The position numbers and the translations under genes are program-made. From an uncultured Thermoplasmata archaeon (GTDB lineage: Archaea > Thermoplasmatota > DTKX01 > GCA-020343715): a stretch of 64,000 bases of DNA. This document shows, in pieces, positions 57,331 through 64,000 of this stretch. Where the stretch lies: NCBI GenBank assembly GCA_964353355.1, contig CAYGVT010000023.1:9482-73481 (forward strand), given 5' to 3'. Numbering within the stretch: position 1 is the first letter of the stretch; every line of letters starts with the position of its first letter. Below the pieces are notes generated by a model. It had not been told where the DNA came from. It was given only the letters and a program-made list of their open reading frames with translations, and did no database searches.

Positions 57331-57599
57331 ACCGGTGCGGGACGGCCGTCCCCCGCGGGGGAGGGGACCCCCGCGCCCCCTCGATGGACGCCGGGCGTTT
57401 ACCAAAGGGTGGAATTAAGTGGGCAGGTTTAATACCTGGCCCGACATCTATGGTGTTGGCAGGATGTGGCGCAGGGCGCCGCTGGCCGGGAGGCCGGCGA
57501 TGGGTCCGCGCTCAACGTCCTGTCAATTCTTCTCATCCCCACATGCAAGAGGGGGTCTCCATGGGCACACGCGGTGACCGTGGGCCTCTGGACCTGGCC

Positions 57600-57848
57600 C
57601 TACCTCTTGGCCTTCCCCTTCCCCATCCCCTTGCCCCTCTGCGCCTTCAGCCACCCGTCGTCGATGGGCATGGCCAGGGGCTCCTTCACGTCCAGCATGA
57701 TGTCCATCGCGAGCGCCGTGTGCCGCAGCGCCTCGGCGTAGCCGGCCCAGTAGGAGAGCTCCTCCTCGTCCTCGGCGTCCTCCTTCTTCTCGAGCGCGTA
57801 GGCCAGCATCCTCTCGAGCTGCTCGGGCAGCCCCTTGTAGTCCGCCAT
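57600..57848 (-). CDS. 82-aa acidic hypothetical protein with a Gly/Lys-rich C-terminal tail
   Basis: Strong GC3 in frame. Translation: MADYKGLPEQLERMLAYALEKKEDAEDEEELSYWAGYAEALRHTALAMDIMLDVKEPLAMPIDDGWLKAQRGKGMGKGKAKR. Confidence 0.55.
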   Translation of the reverse strand: MADYKGLPEQLERMLAYALEKKEDAEDEEELSYWAGYAEALRHTALAMDIMLDVKEPLAMPIDDGWLKAQRGKGMGKGKAKR

Positions 57849-58037
57849 TGAAACCACCACATCCCGTTCTCAGGTTGGCAGGCGCGATCCAAACCCGAGC
57901 GAGTAGAGGGTCCGGTCATTAGATATAGTTTCTCTGTTCCGTAGCCTGGTCCAGGATATACGGAGGCCGATGGCGATGTGATACATGGTCTTCGAGGATG
58001 ACCAAAGCTGGACCGGATAGGGAATCGATGGGGATCA

Positions 58038-58988
58038 CTAGAAGGATTGACAAATCGGTGTCTTCGCGATGACGCTGTCATCGATACAGATACTATCATC
58101 CGCCGTCCAATTATCCTCGAGGAAGGCGACCTTGATGGTGACCGACCCGTCGACAGGCACCACCACATGCGCGTTGCCATCGTTGAGGATAGTGGTGGCG
58201 GGGTGGGCCCCATAGACATCCCCGCCCAAATCGGATTGATGGAAGATTGAGAGGAGCGATATCTCGACCGAGCGCGACCATAGGTTCGTGACCGTCATTG
58301 TGTACACTACAAATGATTCGCAAGACCCGGACCGGTAGGTCCCGATCTCCTCCAGGAACGTCAAGTCGTCCAACGAGAGTGACAGGCGCGCAGGCGCACC
58401 GCCAAGGTCCCGGACCTTGGGGAGGAAGAAGTCGGATTCGGGTCCGTCGCCACCGGATGTGTGGCGCATCCCTACCGTGATGATGCCGTCGGGGTCCTCA
58501 CCGAAGATGCGGGGAACAAGGAAGATGACCCATCCCTCCGCGGCCCCCTCGGCCTTGATGACGGGGGTCGTCCACTTGAGCTCCCCGCCCGGGAACCTGG
58601 GGTCCATGAGGGGCTGTGTGGCGGGATGCTCGAGGATGGTGGAGGTGTTGTAATGGAGGTGGAAGAGGAGCTCCTCGGTACGCACTCGATAGGGGTTCCC
58701 GTTAGACACGTTGAACTTGACGATGTAGATGCTGGAGAGGGGGTACGAGGCCACGCCGTCCTCGCGCCAGTACGAGTCCACGACCGTGAACTCGCGCCAC
58801 CCCATGTCCATGGCCTCGACGGGCGCGGAGGGCTTCTGGAAGGCAAGGATGAGGAGAAGGCAGACGCCGAGGACGGCGAGCCCGATGACGAAGGTCCAGA
58901 GTATCCTTCGCACGACAGGGTGCGAGCTCTCGGCGGTCCCGGGGTCGATGATCTCGGGGATAACAAAATCTGGACCGATGGGTTCCAT
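58038..58988 (-). CDS. N-terminally TM-anchored hypothetical protein with two beta-rich ectodomain halves
   Basis: TM helix ILWTFVIGLAVLGVCLLLILAF. The gene is less GC-rich than the window average. I recognise no family. Confidence 0.65.
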   Translation of the reverse strand: MEPIGPDFVIPEIIDPGTAESSHPVVRRILWTFVIGLAVLGVCLLLILAFQKPSAPVEAMDMGWREFTVVDSYWREDGVASYPLSSIYIVKFNVSNGNPYRVRTEELLFHLHYNTSTILEHPATQPLMDPRFPGGELKWTTPVIKAEGAAEGWVIFLVPRIFGEDPDGIITVGMRHTSGGDGPESDFFLPKVRDLGGAPARLSLSLDDLTFLEEIGTYRSGSCESFVVYTMTVTNLWSRSVEISLLSIFHQSDLGGDVYGAHPATTILNDGNAHVVVPVDGSVTIKVAFLEDNWTADDSICIDDSVIAKTPICQSF

Positions 58989-59175
58989 CGGATGTCCCCT
59001 TCATCGTTGGTTGGGTGTGTCGGGGTAATATGCCTGTTGGTTTGGTTGAGGGAATTGTGAGATGTGACAGTGACCGGCAACGAGGGGTGCTGGGATGGCC
59101 CATGCTGGATCGGATCGTCGTCTAGATGGTCAGGTTCGACCTGGCCGATGTGACCGAGGGACCTATCGTCCCAGA

Positions 59176-60375
59176 TCAGCTCGCGGTCCCCGTCACGGCC
59201 TCTTGGGCGTCCACGATGCCTTTTCCATACACGTTGTCGTATCCGCTCGCCCCGAGGTCGTCCGCGGTGACCGTGAGGGTCGAGTACACCTCGTCCCACG
59301 TCCATCCACCGGGATCCGTGGCGAGCATCAGTGCGACCGTCCCAGCGACGTGCGGGCAGGCCATGCTGGTGCCGGAGAAGGACCTGTACTTCCCGTCGTT
59401 GTAGGTCGACCAGATGCCTACCCCTGGGGCGACGACGTCGAGCGCGCTGCCCGTGCTCGACCAGCTCGCCCGCTTGTCACTGGAGTCGGTCGCCCCGACG
59501 GCGATGACGGAGTCGTAGTGGGCCGGGTACTGGACCGTGTCGAGGGCGGTGTTCTTCTTGCCGGAGTTCCCGGCGGCTGCGACGATGATGACACCTGCGG
59601 TCTTGGCATTATCGCAGGCCGCCTTGAGGGAATCGCTGCCGCTCGAGCCGCTCAGGCTCATCGAGATGACATCCATATCGTTGGTGATGGCCCACTGGAT
59701 GCCAGAGATGACCTGCGAGTAGCTACCGGAGCCCTGGCTGTTGAGGACCTTGACCGCGAAGAGGTCGACGTCGTAGGCGACGCCCACCACACCTGCCTCT
59801 GTAGCATCCTTCGCGGCGGCGATGATGCCCGCACAGTGCGTCCCGTGCCCGTTGTCGTCCTCTGGGTCGTCGTCTATATTAATGAAATCATACCCGCCCG
59901 CGTAGACTCCCATGAGCTCGGGGTGGTCCGTATCGATGCCGGTGTCGAGGACCGCAACCCTGATGGAGGCGCCCGTGCTCGCCGACCAGGCCTTCTCAGC
60001 GTCGATTCTGTCGACGCCCCACTGAACCCCTGGTGATGGAGGGCTCGTTGGTGCGGGGGTCTTCTTCCCCTCGTCATCGAGTGTGCCCTCCATGGAGACC
60101 GTCGCGTCCTTCTCGACCGTCTTGACGCCCGTCTCTTCCGCAAGGGTATCAATGTCCTTCTGCTTGAGTTTGGTCACGACCGCGGGGATGAGCGTGTACT
60201 CCTCGAGGATTTTGCCCCCCGCGCCCTTGATGAGCTTCTCGTCGACCTTGTCCTTGAACAGCACGATGACCCTGACGGACGTCTCATCGTCACCGATGAC
60301 GCCCATCGGCACGACCGCGAGGAGCAGCCCGGTCACGAGCAGCATGCAGAGAAGTCCCAGAAGTCGCCTTGGCAT
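59176..60375 (-). CDS. subtilisin-like serine protease (S8) with signal peptide and I9-type propeptide
   Basis: Catalytic triad motifs AVLDTGID, HGTHCAGII and GTSMACPHVAG. Propeptide-like VRVIVLFKDKVDEKLIKGAGGKILEEYTLIPAVV. Start at ATG 60375 (MPRRLLGLLCMLLVTGLLLAVV). Confidence 0.9.
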   Translation of the reverse strand: MPRRLLGLLCMLLVTGLLLAVVPMGVIGDDETSVRVIVLFKDKVDEKLIKGAGGKILEEYTLIPAVVTKLKQKDIDTLAEETGVKTVEKDATVSMEGTLDDEGKKTPAPTSPPSPGVQWGVDRIDAEKAWSASTGASIRVAVLDTGIDTDHPELMGVYAGGYDFINIDDDPEDDNGHGTHCAGIIAAAKDATEAGVVGVAYDVDLFAVKVLNSQGSGSYSQVISGIQWAITNDMDVISMSLSGSSGSDSLKAACDNAKTAGVIIVAAAGNSGKKNTALDTVQYPAHYDSVIAVGATDSSDKRASWSSTGSALDVVAPGVGIWSTYNDGKYRSFSGTSMACPHVAGTVALMLATDPGGWTWDEVYSTLTVTADDLGASGYDNVYGKGIVDAQEAVTGTAS

Positions 60376-60580
60376 ATCGTCAGCCTCCGCCCCGTGGGCC
60401 GGGGAGCGACGCCGCTCCCTCATCACCCACCATGGTCTGGGAAGTATAATGGCCTGCCCTATTTTAACATGTTGCGGGAAATTACCTGATTATCAGATGT
60501 TACGAAGAACGCGACAGACCATGACATGGCCCGTGCTGGACCTCAGAAGGATGATATCTGGCAGAATGGTCGCCCACGGC

Positions 60581-63500
60581 TCATCTCTTGGTGGCGCCCT
60601 CGGATCCTCTCGTCCAGAGGACCAGGGCGGTCGCGACGGCGGCCGTTATGACCACGATTGCCATGATCAGGGACAATGGGGTGGATGAACCCCTCAATTC
60701 CTCTCTTCTCAGGGGCAGGGCCGGGAGATCCAGCTCGGTTGCGCCCATCGCGCTCACCGTGGAGGTTCCAGATATCATGCCGTGCCCTTCCTTCGTGACC
60801 CTCCAGGTGAAGGTCCCGTGACGGACGTCCATCGCGAACGAGCCGTTCTCCACCGATTTTGCCGAACAGGTCCTGCCATCGGATGCGATGACCTCGATAG
60901 TGGCGCCCTCGACGTGCCTTCCGACCTCGTCGAGCACGGTGCCTGTGACCCTTCCCGTGTCCACCACCGTGATGACGACCCCGTCCTCACCGGTGTTGCC
61001 GGACAGGTCGGTCACGGTCAGGGCGACCTCGTAGACGCCCCCCTCGTCGAAGGTGAACGCGACCGCCACCCCCTCGAGTACCCACGGCCGGTCGTCGTAC
61101 TTGAAGGTCCAGGTGTGGCCCGCAATCCCCACCTTGTCCGCGGAGAGCGACGCGTCCAATGTGACGGAGCTCCCGGCGGGGACCGTCAGGTCCGGCCCGG
61201 CGTCCGCCACCGGCGGCGTGGCGTCGCGGACGGTGAGGGTCATCCCATCGGTGGCCCGGTGGCCGGCCGCGTCGGCCACCTCCAGGGCGACGGCGTAGAC
61301 GCCCGGGGGCCCGGCGATGAAGGAGGGGGAGATGCCATGGAGGACGATGGGGGCGGTCCCCCCGGTGACGGTCCATGTATAGTCGACGATGCCCACGTTG
61401 TCCGAGCTGCCGCTCCCGTCGAACGTGACCATGGTTCCCTCGTCGACGGTCCGGTCGGGACCCGCCTCGGCGGTCGGCGCCCTCGCGTCGCGGACGACGA
61501 CGACCGCCCCGTCGGCGGCCGAGTTGAGCGCGTCGTCCGTCACGGTGAGGACCACGGTGAAGGTCCCCGGGCGGTCGAACGTGTACGTCGGCCGGACGCC
61601 GTGGAGGATCACGGCGGTGCCGTCCGTGAGGGCCCAGGTGTAACGGGCGACCCCGACGTTGTCAAGGCTTCCGCTCCCGTCGAACGTGACCATGGTCCCC
61701 TGCTCGACCGCCCGGTCCGGGCCCGCGTCCGCCAAGGGCGGCGTGATGTCGTTGACGGTGACGGTCAGGTCGTCGACGTCCCACAGGCCGGATGGGTCCG
61801 ACACGTTGAGGGTCACGACGAAGACGCCGGGGTTGTCGAACCGGTAGGAGGGCGCGACGCCGTGCAGCACCACGGGAGCGCCGTCCGAGAGGCGCCAGGT
61901 GTAGTCCGCTATCCAGAGGTCGTCAGTGCTCCGGCCCCCGTCGAACGTGACCAGCGTCCCCTCGTCGACGGTCAGGTCGCTGCCCGCGTGGGCGACCGGC
62001 GGCGACAGGTCGGCCACGGTGACCCTCATGGTGTCCAGGTCCCAGTTCCCCGAGAGGTCCGTCACGTTCAGCGTCACCTCGTGGGCCCCGACGTCCTCGA
62101 ACCGGTGCGTCGCGGTCGGTCGGTCGCTGTCCAGGACAACGTCGCCACCGTCCACGAACGACCACTCGTACCTCCATATGCCCATGTCGTCCGTGCTCCC
62201 GCAACCGTCGAACGTCATCTCGACGCCGGCCCCGACGAGCTGGTCGGGGCCCGCCTCGGCCACCGGGGGCTCCGCGTCCGACCACCTCAGCAGGGGGTAG
62301 GTAACGCCCTCGCGCATGAACCACACCGCGTCGAGGTCCCACCCCGCGCCGGCGAAGGTGGCGCGCGTCTTCATGTCGGCGGTCGAGAGGCCCGTGGCGT
62401 TGCCGGCCGTGCTGGACTGGCCGCTCGTCTCGTTGTCCCAGAAGCAGCCTGCCATGTAGCCGCTCTGCCCGTCGGTGTGCACCCCGCCCGCGAAGCCCCT
62501 GTCGGTGGGGCCGGCGGCGCCCTCGTCGACCACCGCCCCCGTGGAGTAGCAGTTATGGAACCCCCCGCCCCAGCCGAACCCCATGAAGCCGCCGAAGTAC
62601 GGCCCCGTCCCCGAGGAGTTGGTGACGGTGCCCGTGGCGTACGAGTCCTCCATGTAAGCAGAGTTGAAGCCCACGAAGCCCCCGATGTAGGTACCGTTCC
62701 CGGTCACGTCCCCCTCAGCGTAGCATCGACCGTTATTATTGAACGAAGCTCCGGAGTATCCCAAGAGCCCTCCGACGCAGTTGGACCCGGTCACGTTTCC
62801 CGTGGCGTACGAGTCCACCAGAGAGGATTTCCAGAGGGATCCCACAAGGCCACCGACATAGCCCTCCCCGGACACGTCACCCGTCGCATGGCAACCGATG
62901 ATGTCGGCATAACCGCCAACTCCCATGAGCCCGCCAACATCCGCGAACCCTCTCACAGACCCTGTGGCATAGGAATCGGAGATAGCGCAACTATAACTGC
63001 AGCCCACGAGGCCGCCGGTAGTGTTACCGGTCACGTTCCCCCCGGCATGGCATGCGGATACAGTACCCCTCTCGATGTATCCTGCCAGGCCACCAGCGTA
63101 GACGTGGCCCCAGACTTTGCATTCCACGACCGATATGTTGCTGACGGCCACATTCCAGCAGATCCCGAACAGACCCAGGCTGTCAGCGAAGGAACGGTCG
63201 AGGTTCAGGTAGGAGACGTTGTGGCCCGCGCCGTCGAAGTCCGCCGCGAGGTAGGGGATGAACAAGAACGGGTCGGCGGCGAGGTCGATGTCGGACGAGA
63301 GGCGGAAGGCGAGCCTCTCGTCGTCGGCGAAGCCGAGGAGGTCACGCAGTCCTTGCACGGTGCCTATCTCGTAGCTCCCCCCTGAGGGGACGAGGGTTTC
63401 ATTGTATTCGGCTATGTCCAGGGAGAGCCCGCTGGACGCCCATTCCTCGTACTGCTCCTCGTAGAGGCCGCCGGTGGTGAGGTTGTGCACTCCGTTGAGC

Positions 63501-64000
63501 AGCGTCGAGTTGATGGGATAGTGGGAGTTGGTGACAAGGCCCGTGTTCAATCCCACGAGACCACCGACGCTGTAGCCCCCGGTCACGTTCGCCGTGGCAT
63601 ACGAATCCGATATTATTCCGTAGTCATTGACCCCCAGGAGGCCTCCCGCCTCTATTTCGGTCGCGGTCACGTTCCCCGAGAAGGACGAGCCGTAGATGAC
63701 GTCGTAGTACCTTTGTGGGGGAGATGTACCATCCGTGCCAGCGCCGCCATTGCCTGCGCCGACCCCCCTTCCCATGCCGACCGAGCCCACGAGGCCACCG
63801 ACGCACCTCTCCCCAGAGACGGTCCCCTCCGCACGGCAGTCGAGGACCCTGCCGTTGTTGTACCCCACGAGCGCGCCGACGTACGCGTGCCCGGTCACGT
63901 CGCAGCCCGCGAGGACCACGTTCCTCACGGACGCGCTATCGTCCACGTCACCGAACAGGCCCACGCCGTCCGTCTCGGGGCGGTCGATGTAGAGCCCGGT
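60581..64000 (-). CDS. giant surface protein E (5' end beyond the window): GLUG-motif repeats, ~5 PKD domains, CarboxypepD_reg-like domain, C-terminal TM anchor
   Basis: Recurrent (V/I)GGL(V/L/M)G GLUG-type repeats. Five PP(V/L)A(D/E/H)AGPD...TFDGSGS.D..GI..Y.W PKD units. GRVTGTVLDEVGRHVEGATIEVIASDG, then the C-terminus LSLIMAIVVITAAVATALVLW. The reading frame stays open up to position 64000. Confidence 0.85.
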   Translation of the reverse strand, partial: TGLYIDRPETDGVGLFGDVDDSASVRNVVLAGCDVTGHAYVGALVGYNNGRVLDCRAEGTVSGERCVGGLVGSVGMGRGVGAGNGGAGTDGTSPPQRYYDVIYGSSFSGNVTATEIEAGGLLGVNDYGIISDSYATANVTGGYSVGGLVGLNTGLVTNSHYPINSTLLNGVHNLTTGGLYEEQYEEWASSGLSLDIAEYNETLVPSGGSYEIGTVQGLRDLLGFADDERLAFRLSSDIDLAADPFLFIPYLAADFDGAGHNVSYLNLDRSFADSLGLFGICWNVAVSNISVVECKVWGHVYAGGLAGYIERGTVSACHAGGNVTGNTTGGLVGCSYSCAISDSYATGSVRGFADVGGLMGVGGYADIIGCHATGDVSGEGYVGGLVGSLWKSSLVDSYATGNVTGSNCVGGLLGYSGASFNNNGRCYAEGDVTGNGTYIGGFVGFNSAYMEDSYATGTVTNSSGTGPYFGGFMGFGWGGGFHNCYSTGAVVDEGAAGPTDRGFAGGVHTDGQSGYMAGCFWDNETSGQSSTAGNATGLSTADMKTRATFAGAGWDLDAVWFMREGVTYPLLRWSDAEPPVAEAGPDQLVGAGVEMTFDGCGSTDDMGIWRYEWSFVDGGDVVLDSDRPTATHRFEDVGAHEVTLNVTDLSGNWDLDTMRVTVADLSPPVAHAGSDLTVDEGTLVTFDGGRSTDDLWIADYTWRLSDGAPVVLHGVAPSYRFDNPGVFVVTLNVSDPSGLWDVDDLTVTVNDITPPLADAGPDRAVEQGTMVTFDGSGSLDNVGVARYTWALTDGTAVILHGVRPTYTFDRPGTFTVVLTVTDDALNSAADGAVVVVRDARAPTAEAGPDRTVDEGTMVTFDGSGSSDNVGIVDYTWTVTGGTAPIVLHGISPSFIAGPPGVYAVALEVADAAGHRATDGMTLTVRDATPPVADAGPDLTVPAGSSVTLDASLSADKVGIAGHTWTFKYDDRPWVLEGVAVAFTFDEGGVYEVALTVTDLSGNTGEDGVVITVVDTGRVTGTVLDEVGRHVEGATIEVIASDGRTCSAKSVENGSFAMDVRHGTFTWRVTKEGHGMISGTSTVSAMGATELDLPALPLRREELRGSSTPLSLIMAIVVITAAVATALVLWTRGSEGATKR

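Overview
This is a visibly GC-rich segment (third codon positions are almost always G/C) that I read as archaeal. It encodes a Nep1/Emg1-type rRNA methyltransferase. Short AT-rich BRE/TATA-like islands sit roughly 15-50 nt upstream of many start codons, and several transcripts look leaderless. It also carries many giant surface proteins anchored by a single C-terminal TM helix. I found no rRNA, tRNA, CRISPR array, transposase or integrase. About 50 protein genes are supportable.

Layout:
(1) 1-28.8 kb is a cell-surface glycan island. It holds rmlC/rmlD/rmlA, four GT-B and one GT-A glycosyltransferases, four SAM methyltransferases (one CmcI-type), a Wzx-like flippase, a polymerase/GT-C-like membrane protein, and a translationally coupled trio of nucleotidyltransferase-fold protein, B12-radical-SAM enzyme and methyltransferase. 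The island is interrupted by two tandem paralogous surface proteins of about 1,370 and 1,530 aa (SBBP beta-propeller repeats plus VNDPP ~95-aa tandem repeats), a CPA2 antiporter, and a DMT transporter with a His-rich tail.
(2) 28.9-32.8 kb encodes a 1,293-aa protein with an Asp-box beta-propeller and about eight Ig-like repeats.
(3) 32.9-39.5 kb holds repair, stress and housekeeping genes: ogt, an FAD oxidoreductase, a GyrI-like protein with a Lys/Ala-rich tail, a bacterioferritin-like protein, an AlkZ-like glycosylase, a C1 peptidase and Nep1.
(4) 39.7-46.5 kb holds three small membrane proteins with an N-terminal zinc ribbon, a beta-carbonic anhydrase, and a 1,135-aa FG-GAP/PKD surface protein that ends in TM plus zinc ribbon.
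(5) 46.5-54.0 kb holds a YgbA-family Cys-rich protein, a PKD/FN3 surface protein, an ABC ATPase coupled to a ~1,000-aa fusion of a NosD-like beta-helix with a multi-TM permease, and two paralogous type-I membrane proteins.
(6) 54.1-59 kb is a less GC-rich stretch. It has about 680 bp of non-coding DNA, an AbiE-like wHTH/nucleotidyltransferase pair behind a palindromic TATA operator, and a flavoprotein. Further on are a membrane protein and an S8 protease.
(7) 60.6-64.0 kb encodes an edge-truncated GLUG/PKD giant surface protein.

The best candidates for something undescribed are the beta-helix-permease ABC module, the zinc-ribbon-tethered membrane-protein cluster, the radical-SAM trio and the AbiE-like pair. 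All functional calls rest on motifs I recognised by eye in the supplied translations. No database search or computation was possible.
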